A stretch of DNA of 64,000 nucleotides from Salinivirgaceae bacterium (GCA_027858735.1 JAQICC010000146.1:505-64504); one strand, 5' to 3'; positions 9,686 to 19,170 are shown, numbered from the stretch's first letter. Made by a program: numbers and translations. The notes: generated from the sequence alone by a model not told the origin.

Positions 9686-10381
9686 ATGACCGAAAAACGC
9701 AAAATAATTCACGCATTAATATTTCCAATACTTTTTTTATTGGTAATGTGGCTGAACTATATTGTATTTTATTTTTCCGATGCCAACATGGGCATAATTG
9801 GAATAAAACCGTTACAAATAAACGGCCTGCAAGGTGTAATTCTTTCACCTTTCGCTCATGGTAGTTTAAAACATATTGCATCTAACAGTACTTCATTTGT
9901 AGTATTAGCACTATTTTTATTCTATTTCTACAGATTAGTTGCCTATCGTGTGTTTCTTCTGAATTGGTTTATCTCTGGTTTACTTTTATGGATTGGCGGA
10001 CGCGATTCGGTGCACATTGGAGCCAGTGGCATTGTTTACGGATTGGCTTTCTTCCTATTCTTCAGCGGCTTACTTCGTAAGGACAAGAAATTAGGTGCCA
10101 TTTCGCTTATTGTGATTTTTCTTTATGGAAGTATGTTTTGGGGAATGCTACCTCAAGGAGGAAACATTAGTTGGGAAGGCCACCTTTTTGGTGCCATTAC
10201 TGGTTTTACTCTGGCTTGGTATTATCGCAAAAATCCTATCGATTTTATTCCTGTTGAAGATGGTTCATCGATTTCGGTTACTTGGGGCAGATACAACGAT
10301 TTTGAATACGAGTATATTGAGGAGGATTCTGAACTAGAAGAAAATTCTACGCGATCAGAAACCCCATCAGAAGAATTCTAA
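9686..10381 (+). CDS. Rhomboid family intramembrane serine protease
   Basis: Multi-pass membrane protein with the catalytic GASGIVYG serine motif and a downstream HLFGAITG histidine motif. Confidence 0.85.
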   Translation: MTEKRKIIHALIFPILFLLVMWLNYIVFYFSDANMGIIGIKPLQINGLQGVILSPFAHGSLKHIASNSTSFVVLALFLFYFYRLVAYRVFLLNWFISGLLLWIGGRDSVHIGASGIVYGLAFFLFFSGLLRKDKKLGAISLIVIFLYGSMFWGMLPQGGNISWEGHLFGAITGFTLAWYYRKNPIDFIPVEDGSSISVTWGRYNDFEYEYIEEDSELEENSTRSETPSEEF

Positions 10382-10534
10382 ATCCAAAACCAACAGCCTC
10401 GCAGTAATCTGGCTAGCTATCACAATGGGAAACAGAAATTATACGCATCAAGCTGCGGTGAACCTATCCGCCTTAAAACTTTAGCAGGCGTGTAAAACCC
10501 TCAATTTAGGATTTTCTTTAGAATTATCACAAAT

Positions 10535-11842
10535 TTACTTCTTACGCATATAAATTGAAATGGGCACACCAGTAAAATTATAGGCCTCCCTCAGTTTATT
10601 TTCAAGGTAACGTTTATAAGCTTCTTTCACATACTGTGGCAAATTGCAATAAAAAGCAAACTGAGGCGATTTTGTAGGCAATTGCATACAGTATTTAATC
10701 TGAATAAATTTTCCTTTGTTCGATGGAGGAGGATAAGCTTCAATGGCCTCAAGAAGATATTCATTAAGTCTTGCAGTTTGAATTCTTTGCGATCGGTTTT
10801 TATAAACGTCCATAGCCGTTTCAACAGCTTTAAAAACACGCTGTTTAGTTAATGCTGAAATAAATAAAATAGGCACATCATTAAAAGGAGCCAATTTTTC
10901 TTTTACCATTTCAGTATATGTTTTCACAGTGTGGGTATCTTTTTCAACCAGATCCCATTTATTGATCAATACAACAACTCCCTTTCTATTTTTTGCCGCC
11001 AAATGAAAAATATTTACATCTTGAGATTCAACACCTCTTGTAGCATCAACAACTAAAAGACATACATCAGCATCTTCAATACTGCGAACAGCCCTCATTA
11101 CTGAGTAAAACTCAAGATCTTCGCTTACCATACTTTTCTTTCTTAACCCTGCAGTATCAATAATTGAAAACTCATAACCAAATTTATTATATTCCGTATT
11201 TATGGAGTCTCGTGTAGTTCCCGGAATATCGGTTACAATATTGCGATCTTCATCAAGTAGAGCATTTATTAGCGACGATTTGCCAGCATTCGGTCGTCCA
11301 ATAACCGCTACTTGTGGAATGTCTCTTACTTCAGCTTGTGGTTTGCTTGTATCGAATTCATTGACAATAGCATCCATTAAATCACCAGTTCCGGAACCAT
11401 TAATTGAAGAGATTCCGTGAATTTCACCCAGACCTAATGAGTAAAATTCTGCAGTCATATAATGGCGCTCGTTATTATCAACTTTATTTACCGCAACAAT
11501 AACTTTTTTATTCGATTTACGGAGTATTTCAGCCACCCCATTATCTAAATCTGTAACGCCACTCATAACATCAGTTAAAAACAAAATTACATCGGCTTCA
11601 TCAATAGCTAATAATACTTGTTTACGAATTTCTCCTTCAAAAATATCGTCAGAGCTCACTACGTAACCTCCAGTATCAATTACTGAAAATTCAACACCAT
11701 TCCAATCCGATTTTCCATAATGTCGGTCACGGGTAACGCCTTCTTCTTCGTCAATAATAGCTTGTCTTTCCTCAATCATCCTGTTAAACAGGGTCGATTT
11801 CCCTACATTCGGTCTCCCTACTATTGCTAATATATTTGCCAT
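10535..11842 (-). CDS. der: Ribosome biogenesis GTPase Der (EngA)
   Basis: Two tandem GTPase domains ([12 protein letters not shown] and [14 protein letters not shown]) plus a KH-like C-terminus. Start moved to [16 protein letters not shown] (ATG at 11842), because the ORF-track extension has no homology logic. Confidence 0.93.
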   Translation of the reverse strand: MANILAIVGRPNVGKSTLFNRMIEERQAIIDEEEGVTRDRHYGKSDWNGVEFSVIDTGGYVVSSDDIFEGEIRKQVLLAIDEADVILFLTDVMSGVTDLDNGVAEILRKSNKKVIVAVNKVDNNERHYMTAEFYSLGLGEIHGISSINGSGTGDLMDAIVNEFDTSKPQAEVRDIPQVAVIGRPNAGKSSLINALLDEDRNIVTDIPGTTRDSINTEYNKFGYEFSIIDTAGLRKKSMVSEDLEFYSVMRAVRSIEDADVCLLVVDATRGVESQDVNIFHLAAKNRKGVVVLINKWDLVEKDTHTVKTYTEMVKEKLAPFNDVPILFISALTKQRVFKAVETAMDVYKNRSQRIQTARLNEYLLEAIEAYPPPSNKGKFIQIKYCMQLPTKSPQFAFYCNLPQYVKEAYKRYLENKLREAYNFTGVPISIYMRKK

Positions 11843-11924
11843 TTTTTTATTTATTTCTTTTGCTGTATTGCCTAATGATTGAATTTTCACCAACTTATAA
11901 AATATTCAAATATTAGCGCATTTT

Positions 11925-12809
11925 TTACTTCTGTTCGTAACCGAAGGATTTTAAATTTATATCTTTATCACGCCAGTCTTTCATCACTTTTACATGCATT
12001 TGTAAAAAAACCTGCTTTCCAAAAAATTTCTCAATATCTTTTCTAGCTTGTGTTCCAACACGTTTAAGCGCACTACCCTGGTGCCCTATAATTATTCCTT
12101 TCTGCGAATCACGCGAAACATAAATTATAGCACGCATTCGTATTATTTTTTCTTCCTCTTTAAATTCCTCAGCATGCACCTCAACCGAATATGGAATCTC
12201 CTTTTTGTAATTCAAGAATATTTTCTCTCGTATGATTTCTTGAACAAAAAAGCGCTCTGTTTTATCGGTTAATGTATCTTTAGGAAAATATGGAGGACTT
12301 TCAGGCAACATCTCCAATATACGGCTTAATACCGATTCAATGTTGAAATCATTAAGGGCTGAAACTGGAAATATTTGAGCATTTGGTAAAATATCCTTCC
12401 ATTTATCAACAAGCCTTTCAAGCTTTTCTTGATCGATTAAATCAATTTTATTGATTAAAAGTAAAACCGGAACCGATGTTTTCTCAACCTTCTTGATATA
12501 ATCTTCATTCTTATCAAAAGTCTCCACTACATCCGTAACATATAATATAACATCAGCATCCGATATGGCGGAATCTACAAATTTCATCATTGATTTTTGC
12601 AGCTGATAGATAGGCTTTAAAATGCCTGGAGTATCGGAATATAAAATTTGAAAGTCTTCGCCATTAACTATTCCCAATATTCGGTGACGGGTTGTTTGAG
12701 CTTTACTCGTAATTATTGACAATTTTTCGCCCACAAATCCATTCATTAAGGTAGATTTACCTACATTCGGATTCCCAATAATATTTACATACCCTGCTTT
12801 ATGTGCCAT
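11925..12809 (-). CDS. era: GTPase Era
   Basis: G1 motif [20 protein letters not shown], and a C-terminal KH domain ([15 protein letters not shown]). Confidence 0.93.
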   Translation of the reverse strand: MAHKAGYVNIIGNPNVGKSTLMNGFVGEKLSIITSKAQTTRHRILGIVNGEDFQILYSDTPGILKPIYQLQKSMMKFVDSAISDADVILYVTDVVETFDKNEDYIKKVEKTSVPVLLLINKIDLIDQEKLERLVDKWKDILPNAQIFPVSALNDFNIESVLSRILEMLPESPPYFPKDTLTDKTERFFVQEIIREKIFLNYKKEIPYSVEVHAEEFKEEEKIIRMRAIIYVSRDSQKGIIIGHQGSALKRVGTQARKDIEKFFGKQVFLQMHVKVMKDWRDKDINLKSFGYEQK

Positions 12810-12880
12810 CCCAATATTTCAATTAATTATTTAAGCGTTTATAAAACATTAATTTCGCCAAAATACGCTCAAATTTTTGG

Positions 12881-12911
12881 CAAAGATACTCTTAGGTATT
12901 GTTACTGCAAA
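12881..12911 (-). promoter_or_regulatory. Candidate era promoter: -33 TTTG (12911..12908) and -7 TATCTTTG (12888..12881)
   Basis: On the minus strand the sequence reads TTTG, a 19-nt spacer, then TATCTTTG, 72 nt upstream of the era ATG. This matches the Bacteroides-type -33/-7 consensus. Confidence 0.45.
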
Positions 12912-12920
12912 ATTTTTGGA
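12896..12920. repeat. Left arm of a 390-bp-spaced inverted repeat (gtattgttactg + caaaatttttgga)
   Basis: The 12-mer gtattgttactg (12896..12907) is the exact reverse complement of cagtaacaatac (13274..13285). The 13-mer caaaatttttgga (12908..12920) recurs identically at 13257..13269. A near copy caaatttttgg lies at 12870..12880. Confidence 0.8.
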
Positions 12921-13255
12921 GCTTATTAAGCTTCGCTCCTTATTATTACTAACTTAACAGGCATACCGATGAAATAGAATGTGAAATTTCACTACGTATT
13001 ACCAACCAATAATCTGCAAAACGAATTAACAACAATTTACAACACTCCAAATAAGACTACATTTAAACCTATCTAATCCCAAAACTATAACCATGATCAT
13101 TTGAATCTACTATACCAACAACCTATCAACCAGAATCACCACCTCCCATAATAATTTCATTCTTAAAATGTTGCATACAAGCATTTACACTACTCGATAA
13201 TTTTAAAAAACCATTATTGGATCGATCGATGTAGCCATGAGACAATATTTGCTTG

Positions 13256-13285
13256 CCAAAATTTTTGGATTCACAGTAACAATAC
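13256..13285. repeat. Right arm of the inverted repeat (ccaaaatttttgga ttca cagtaacaatac)
   Basis: See 12896..12920. The same two sequence blocks occur in mirrored order with a 4-nt insertion between them. Confidence 0.8.
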
Positions 13286-13294
13286 TTATGTTTG
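13264..13294 (+). promoter_or_regulatory. Candidate promoter of the DUF4407 gene: -33 TTTG (13264..13267) and -7 TATGTTTG (13287..13294)
   Basis: TTTG, a 19-nt spacer, then TATGTTTG, 64 nt upstream of the ATG at 13358. Confidence 0.45.
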
Positions 13295-13357
13295 AATTGT
13301 TTATGAAGTTAAATGAAAAAAGTTTTTTAAGTAGCCTTTTCTTAAACACTTTAATAA

Positions 13358-14635
13358 ATGCACAATAAGGAACCTTTAAAAATTGCAGCTATGGAATTTA
13401 AACCTCAAGAAAATAACGAACGTTCATTAAAAGGCATTTACAAAATAATCTGCTGGTGCTCGGGTGCTCGATTATACCTTTTGCGAAAATGTCCTACCGA
13501 TTACAACGTATTTTTTGGCATTGGCATGATCGTTTTCTTAACCGGCGTAATGGCATCCATGTCGGGTAGTTATGCATTTTATACTGTTTTCCAAAATATT
13601 TATTTAGCCATTGGCTTTGGCGTTTTTTGGGGTATTCTAATATTCTTTTTCGACTGGTATTTAGTAGCCAGCCTAAGAAAGGAAAATCGAATTATTAAAG
13701 AAATTCTTACTGCAAGCCCACGTATAATATTAGCATTATTCTTGGCTGTTGTGATCTCTCGCCCTTTAGAGCTTAAACTATTTGAATCGGAAATAAATGG
13801 CCAGATCGAAAAAATGAGTCAATTAAAATACAATGACTATCAAGAAATTGTTGGTGCCAGTTATGCTGAAATTGATAGACTTCAGGCTCAGAATAAAAAA
13901 TTCGAAGAGGTTGTTGATGATTTAATGCTTCAACGTTCAATGCTATTTGAACTAATCGTTGAAGAAGCAGAAGGTCGAAGCCCAACAGCACTAGCAGGAA
14001 AAGGATCGGTATATAAGGAAAAAAAGGCCGAATATGATCGAATAAACAAAATATACGATGAGGAAAAGGCACGATTATATCCTAGAATTGAATCAAATAA
14101 TAAACGAATTACTCAGCTTACTACAAAAAAAGAAAGCCAGTTGCAAACAGGTAATAAAACATTGAAAGGAGCTACCGGCTTTTTAGCTCGTATTGAAGCT
14201 TATGGCGCCTTGGCAAAAGAAAACGAAGGAATTCGATACGCCAGCTGGTTCATACTTTTTATGTTTATATGCATTGAAACTGGGCCAATGTTTGTTAAAT
14301 TAATATCGAAACGAGGCGCCTACGATGAGCTGTTAACTTTCGAAGAAGTTAAGATTATGACAAACGCACAACAAGAGATCGTTAAAATAAAAGAAAAAGC
14401 AATCAGAATAATTGAAATTGAAAAACTTAAAAGTAAAGCCCGGCTTATTGAAGAAGTTGAAAACAGCAAAGACTTTGCTCGTTTAATGATGGAAGCTCAA
14501 TCGGAAATTGGAAAAGAGCGTATCAAAAAATGGAAAGAAACAGAACTTAAAAGAATTGACGATCAGCTAGACGATTACCGTCCAACAATAGAAGAATTAA
14601 TTGAAGAAGCTAGAATTGCAATGAAACCCAATTAA
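13358..14635 (+). CDS. DUF4407 family membrane protein with long coiled-coil region
   Basis: N-terminal ICWCSGARLYLLRKCPTDYN, several TM helices, LVASLRKEN and SPRIILALFLAVVISRPLELKLFESEI all match my recollection of DUF4407 proteins. A charged coiled-coil segment and a further hydrophobic segment follow. Confidence 0.7.
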   Translation: MHNKEPLKIAAMEFKPQENNERSLKGIYKIICWCSGARLYLLRKCPTDYNVFFGIGMIVFLTGVMASMSGSYAFYTVFQNIYLAIGFGVFWGILIFFFDWYLVASLRKENRIIKEILTASPRIILALFLAVVISRPLELKLFESEINGQIEKMSQLKYNDYQEIVGASYAEIDRLQAQNKKFEEVVDDLMLQRSMLFELIVEEAEGRSPTALAGKGSVYKEKKAEYDRINKIYDEEKARLYPRIESNNKRITQLTTKKESQLQTGNKTLKGATGFLARIEAYGALAKENEGIRYASWFILFMFICIETGPMFVKLISKRGAYDELLTFEEVKIMTNAQQEIVKIKEKAIRIIEIEKLKSKARLIEEVENSKDFARLMMEAQSEIGKERIKKWKETELKRIDDQLDDYRPTIEELIEEARIAMKPN

Positions 14636-15060
14636 AAGGTTGACAAATTTCTATCTTCTACAACATATTCGAATGGAAAATCGACAACCTCTGAAAGCTC
14701 TTCACCCACTTCTTTCATATCATCATCGCTCTCATCAAAATACCAGTCAATACGAATATTCAAACCTTCGGTGTGTACCCTATTAATTAGTACAAGAATA
14801 TCAAGTATAAATTTTGCAGATGACGAATTAAAATAATCGAATTTAAATTTAAATACTATGGGCTGTTCTTTATGATCATTTCTCAAATCATCATCTACCG
14901 AGTCTTTAAAATTATTTAACCACTTAATTACAGGCGCATAAAAATCACGAACATCTTCTGGCCTGGAACAACCTTTCAGCTCAAATTTATTCTCATCAAG
15001 ATCAAATACTATTCTAGGTGTAGCTGCGGTCTCTTCTATTATAAATGGCTTCATTATCAT
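14632..15060 (-). CDS. DUF1987 / SiaC-like regulatory phosphoprotein
   Basis: 142 aa. MKPFIIEETAATPRIVFDLDENKFELKGCSRPEDVRDFYAPVIKWL is typical of DUF1987. The start overlaps the upstream gene stop (ATGA at 15057..15060). Confidence 0.75.
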   Translation of the reverse strand: MIMKPFIIEETAATPRIVFDLDENKFELKGCSRPEDVRDFYAPVIKWLNNFKDSVDDDLRNDHKEQPIVFKFKFDYFNSSSAKFILDILVLINRVHTEGLNIRIDWYFDESDDDMKEVGEELSEVVDFPFEYVVEDRNLSTF

Positions 15061-15578
15061 AAATTTATTTTTTTTACATGCACTACTATATCAAAAAATA
15101 TGTGTTTACCTTCAAGTGGCGACATTTCATAGCTAAGTGATTGACTTGAGTTTCTTGCAATCTCAATTATTCCTAATCCAGCACCTCCTTTATCCGATAT
15201 TCTTGCTTCTGAAATGGACTTTCTGTATAATTTATTCAACCCCTCTCTATCGAGAGCATTAACTTTTGAAATTTTATTAATTAAAACATCAACCTTCTTT
15301 TCAAGAATATAATTACCAATTTTAATCTCGAAAGCATCATCTTTCTGCGTTAACACGAGTTCAACTGGGGGGTGTTTGGGTGTATTGTTTTTTAACGCTT
15401 TATGCTTATAAGTATTTTCTAAACATTCAACCAATATAGAATACATACGCCTTCGAACTACAAGTTCTGCATTATACGGACGAATCTTTTCTCTAAATTG
15501 ATTAAGAATCTCTTCTATTGTCTCAAAGTTTAGATGTCCTTTATATGTTAATATGGTCGATGTTCTTACTTGGGTCAT
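15057..15578 (-). CDS. SiaB-like protein kinase (anti-sigma-kinase-like GHKL fold)
   Basis: 173 aa. ECLENTYKH N-box-like motif and DKGGAGLGIIEIARNS G-box-like motif. Its position directly upstream of a DUF1987 gene mirrors siaB-siaC. Confidence 0.65.
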   Translation of the reverse strand: MTQVRTSTILTYKGHLNFETIEEILNQFREKIRPYNAELVVRRRMYSILVECLENTYKHKALKNNTPKHPPVELVLTQKDDAFEIKIGNYILEKKVDVLINKISKVNALDREGLNKLYRKSISEARISDKGGAGLGIIEIARNSSQSLSYEMSPLEGKHIFFDIVVHVKKINL

Positions 15579-15680
15579 TCAAATATGGTCATTTGCGACT
15601 GCAATCTAATAAACAAATTTCTAAATCGAAAACTTTTTATTCAACAGCTTACTAACATTGTGATACGCTGATATTTAAAA

Positions 15681-16583
15681 TTATGAAAAAATCCCCCTTT
15701 TCAGCATGGTCACTTCTTTTTCAGATAAAAAGCGCCATTTGCCTCTTGGTAAATTCTTTTTGGTTAATCCCGCAAAATAAACCCGGTCAAGTTTCTTAAC
15801 ATCATAGCCAATATGTTCAAACATACGACGTACAATTCTGTTTTTACCAGAATGTATTTCAATGCCAATTATACTCTTGTCTGCAGTATCAACAAAATTT
15901 ATATCATCCGCTTTAACATCTCCATCTTCAAGAGTGACACCTTCTAAAAGTCTTTGCAAATCAGCCCTAATTGCAGGTTTATCAAGGGTGGCTTGGTAAA
16001 CTTTCTTTTTGTTATTTCTAGGATGTGCTAAAAACTCAGCTAAATCACCATCATTGGTTAGTAAAAGCAAACCCGTTGTTGCTTTATCTAGTCTTCCTAC
16101 CGGATAAACGCGCTCAGCACACCCATTTTTAATTAAATCAATAACCGTTTTAGTAGCATGTGGATCGTCAAGAGTCGTTACATAGTCCTTCGGTTTATTA
16201 AGCAAAACGTATGTTTTCTTTTCAGGAGCCAATACTTCATCGTTAAATTTAACAACATCACCAAACTTAACCTTGGTACCAAGCTCAGTAATCACATTTC
16301 CATTTATCGTAACAATTCCGGCTTCAATATACTTATCAGCCTCACGTCTACTGCATATTCCGGCATTTGCTAAGTATCGATTAAGCCTCATTTCAGCTTT
16401 CAACATTTTTCCTTCAGACTTAACAGTGGTTTTAACCTCCGGTTTTTCTTTTTTTACAAAACTATCTTTACTCTTAGGTTTTAAACTAGCCTTGCTATAG
16501 CCTGGTTTTACGGGTTTTGAACTCGTTTTTTTAGATCCTTGAGAACTTCTATCTGCTACTTTGCTTTTCCCTACTCTCTTCAT
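15681..16583 (-). CDS. rRNA pseudouridine synthase, RsuA/RluB family, with Lys/Ser-rich N-terminal extension
   Basis: S4 domain (MRLNRYLANAGICSRREADKYIEAGIVTING) and catalytic motif VGRLDKATTGLLLLTNDG. About 60 aa of K/S-rich low-complexity leader. Confidence 0.88.
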   Translation of the reverse strand: MKRVGKSKVADRSSQGSKKTSSKPVKPGYSKASLKPKSKDSFVKKEKPEVKTTVKSEGKMLKAEMRLNRYLANAGICSRREADKYIEAGIVTINGNVITELGTKVKFGDVVKFNDEVLAPEKKTYVLLNKPKDYVTTLDDPHATKTVIDLIKNGCAERVYPVGRLDKATTGLLLLTNDGDLAEFLAHPRNNKKKVYQATLDKPAIRADLQRLLEGVTLEDGDVKADDINFVDTADKSIIGIEIHSGKNRIVRRMFEHIGYDVKKLDRVYFAGLTKKNLPRGKWRFLSEKEVTMLKRGIFS

Positions 16584-16706
16584 TATAAATGATACTTTTT
16601 ATTAACAAGTGTACAAAAATACAATAAATTTGCACGAAAATACTCTTAATCAAACAACTTAACAGCACCAAAATCATATTTTTATATAAAAAACAGACTA
16701 AATAAT

Positions 16707-16714
16707 TATCTTTG
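16707..16714 (+). promoter_or_regulatory. -7 promoter box TATCTTTG for glmM-ruvX-def
   Basis: Exact TAnnTTTG match 24 nt upstream of the ATG at 16738. Confidence 0.4.
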
Positions 16715-16737
16715 CGCATTATTTTAAATGATTATTT

Positions 16738-18129
16738 ATGACACTAATAAAATCAATATCAGGAATACGAGGAACGATAGGTGGAAAACCAGGTGAAGGT
16801 TTAAGTCCGCTTGATGTTGTAAAATATACATCGGCATATGGTGAATGGGCAAAGCAAAACACCAATAGTCAAAAACTAAAAGTTGTAGTAGGACGCGATG
16901 CCCGAATATCGGGTAAAATGATTGACCAACTTGTTTGTGGTAGCCTAATGGGACTAGGTATTGACGTAATAAATATTGGTTTAGCAAGCACCCCAACTAC
17001 TGAAATGGCGGTGATTGACTTCAAAGCTGACGGAGGCTTAATTATAACAGCAAGCCACAACCCAAAACAATGGAATGCATTAAAATTATTGAATAAAAAA
17101 GGTGAGTTCTTAAATGCTGCCGAAGGCGAATTGGTATTGCAAATTGCAGATAACGAATCATTTAGTTTTGCCGATGTTGACAATTTAGGAACAATCGCAT
17201 CTGAAAATAATTACAATACCAAGCATATTGAACATGTATTGGGCTTACAATATGTTGATATTGAAGCCATAAAAGCTGCAAATTTCACAGTTGCTTTCGA
17301 TGGCATTAATTCGGTAGGTGGAATAATTATTCCCGATTTGTTAAATGCTTTAGGAGTAAAAAATATAAGAGGTATAAATACAGAACCCACTGGAAATTTT
17401 GCACATACACCCGAACCTTTGCCAGAAAATTTAACGCAAATATCGTCGGCTATGCTGGAACACAAAGCTGATGTTGGATTTGTTGTTGACCCAGATGTTG
17501 ATAGGTTAGCTATAGTAAACGAAGATGGCAGCATGTTTGGCGAAGAATACACATTGGTGGCTATTGCCGATTACCTGCTATCAAAACAAACAGGCAATAC
17601 CGTTTCAAACCTATCATCGACACGTGCATTACGCGATGTGACTGAAAAGCACGGCGGTGAACATACTGCTGCTGCTGTTGGAGAGGTTAATGTAGTAACT
17701 CAAATGAAAGCGATTAATGCGCTTATTGGTGGCGAAGGAAATGGTGGGGTAATATACCCTGATAGCCATTACGGACGAGATGCTTTAGTAGGAATTGGTT
17801 TATTCTTAACGCATTTAGCACATTCAAAAATGAAATGTTCAGAGCTTAGAGCAACCTATCCAGAATACTTTATATCTAAAAATAAGATTGAACTTACTCC
17901 CGATATAGATGTTGATGCCATTTTAGAAAAAATGAAAGAAAAATATCAAAATGAAAGAGTTAACGATATTGATGGGCTGAAAATTGATTTTACTGAAGAG
18001 TGGGTTCATTTACGAAAATCGAATACTGAACCAATAATTCGCATTTATTCTGAAAGCAAGTCGAAAGCCAAGGCAGAGCAACTAGCTCAAATAATTATTA
18101 ATGAAATAAAAGCAATAGCCAATATTTAA
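16738..18129 (+). CDS. glmM: Phosphoglucosamine mutase (alpha-D-phosphohexomutase family)
   Basis: Active-site TASHNP motif, DPDVDRL metal-binding loop, 463 aa. Confidence 0.85.
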   Translation: MTLIKSISGIRGTIGGKPGEGLSPLDVVKYTSAYGEWAKQNTNSQKLKVVVGRDARISGKMIDQLVCGSLMGLGIDVINIGLASTPTTEMAVIDFKADGGLIITASHNPKQWNALKLLNKKGEFLNAAEGELVLQIADNESFSFADVDNLGTIASENNYNTKHIEHVLGLQYVDIEAIKAANFTVAFDGINSVGGIIIPDLLNALGVKNIRGINTEPTGNFAHTPEPLPENLTQISSAMLEHKADVGFVVDPDVDRLAIVNEDGSMFGEEYTLVAIADYLLSKQTGNTVSNLSSTRALRDVTEKHGGEHTAAAVGEVNVVTQMKAINALIGGEGNGGVIYPDSHYGRDALVGIGLFLTHLAHSKMKCSELRATYPEYFISKNKIELTPDIDVDAILEKMKEKYQNERVNDIDGLKIDFTEEWVHLRKSNTEPIIRIYSESKSKAKAEQLAQIIINEIKAIANI

Positions 18130-18557
18130 TGGGAAGAATAATTGCTATTGATTACGGAAGAAAACGTACAGGAATTGCTGTTACGGACCCTTTGCAAATG
18201 ATAGCAAACGGATTAACAACTGTACAATCATCAACAACAATAGATTTTTTGAAACAATATTTTGTTAAAGAAAAGGTTGATGCTATTGTGGTCGGCCATG
18301 CAAAACAAATGAATAATACCGATTCTGAATCAATGCAATACATTAAACCATTTATAAAACAATTATCGAAACACTTTCCTGAAATGCCTGTTTATCTGGT
18401 TGATGAACGTTTTACGTCTAAAATTGCCCATCAAACAATGATTGATGGAGGTTTAAAAAAGAAAAAACGCCAAGATAAAGCATTAGTTGACACCATTAGT
18501 GCAACTATAATCTTGCAATCGTATATGGAACAGAAAGATTTCGGATTCAAATTTTAA
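18129..18557 (+). CDS. ruvX: Holliday junction resolvase-like protein RuvX (YqgF)
   Basis: MGRIIAIDYGRKRTGIAVTD N-terminus and DERFTS motif. The start overlaps the glmM stop (TAATG). Confidence 0.9.
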   Translation: MGRIIAIDYGRKRTGIAVTDPLQMIANGLTTVQSSTTIDFLKQYFVKEKVDAIVVGHAKQMNNTDSESMQYIKPFIKQLSKHFPEMPVYLVDERFTSKIAHQTMIDGGLKKKKRQDKALVDTISATIILQSYMEQKDFGFKF

Positions 18558-18571
18558 ATAATTACTTAAAA

Positions 18572-19126
18572 ATGATATTACCTATTACTGTCTACGGGAA
18601 CCCGGTTTTGAGAAAAGTAGCAAAGGAGATTAAAGAGGATTATAAAGACCTTGATAAATTGATTGAAAACATGTTTGAAACCATGTACAAAGCTGAAGGT
18701 GTTGGCTTAGCAGCGCCTCAGGTCAATAAAAGCATCCGACTAATCGTAATTGATGCAACACCATTTGCCGAAGACGAGCCCGATTTGAAAGATTTCAAGA
18801 AAGTTTTTATTAATCCTGAAATACTTGAATTCAAGGGCGAAAAAGAACTTTTCAATGAGGGATGTTTAAGCTTGCCTGGTATCCGTGAGGATGTTACCCG
18901 ACCTACCAAAATTAGAATTGTATATCAGGACGAAAATTTTAATGAGTTTGAAGAGGTTTGGGAAGGTGTAAAAGCACGCATTGTGCAACACGAGCACGAC
19001 CACTTGCAAGGGAAACTTTTTGTTGACCATATTTCACCTATAAAAAAAAGGTTAATTAACAGCAAGTTAACTGCCATTGCAAAAGGGAAAACGATACCCG
19101 ATTACAAAATAATGCGCAATAAATAG
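18572..19126 (+). CDS. def: Peptide deformylase
   Basis: Motifs GVGLAAPQV, EGCLS and HEHDHLQG. Confidence 0.95.
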   Translation: MILPITVYGNPVLRKVAKEIKEDYKDLDKLIENMFETMYKAEGVGLAAPQVNKSIRLIVIDATPFAEDEPDLKDFKKVFINPEILEFKGEKELFNEGCLSLPGIREDVTRPTKIRIVYQDENFNEFEEVWEGVKARIVQHEHDHLQGKLFVDHISPIKKRLINSKLTAIAKGKTIPDYKIMRNK

Positions 19127-19170
19127 CATAAATATTAGTTATACCTAAAACAAACTAAATTGATTTTTCT

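Noticed and set aside
9603-9881. ORFs 9603..9881 (-) and 9640..9864 (+) between prfC and the rhomboid gene.
   Set aside because: Both overlap the rhomboid protease start region, have no recognisable motifs and have unusual composition. They are most likely frame noise.
10382-10534. Slightly GC-richer convergent spacer between the rhomboid gene and der, examined for a tRNA, small RNA or terminator.
   Set aside because: No cloverleaf, no T-loop GGTTCGAATCC-type motif, and only 3-5 bp stems with no U tract. There is nothing I can support.
12896-13285. MITE interpretation of the inverted repeats flanking the A/C-rich spacer.
   Set aside because: I could not identify a flanking target-site duplication. 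The repeat arms coincide with two outward-facing promoter modules, which explains part of the similarity. This is kept as an alternative inside the findings rather than called as a mobile element.
13237-13368. 43-codon hydrophobic small ORF (MRQYLLAKIFGFTVTILMFELF...) overlapping the DUF4407 start by 11 nt.
   Set aside because: Its ATG lies upstream of the predicted -33/-7 promoter (13264..13294), so it would not be on the DUF4407 mRNA. It has no conservation evidence and is AT-rich chance-ORF territory.
16869-17552. Long antisense or shadow ORFs inside well-supported genes. Examples: 16869..17183 and 17211..17552 in glmM, 29195..29545 in sfsA, 42424..42774 in the MFS gene, 43976..44275 in pgmB, 49371..49715 in GH13, 54434..54811 in the dehydrogenase, 62221..62556 in dnaE.
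   Set aside because: Each lies wholly within a gene that has strong family motifs on the other strand or frame, and none shows any motif of its own.
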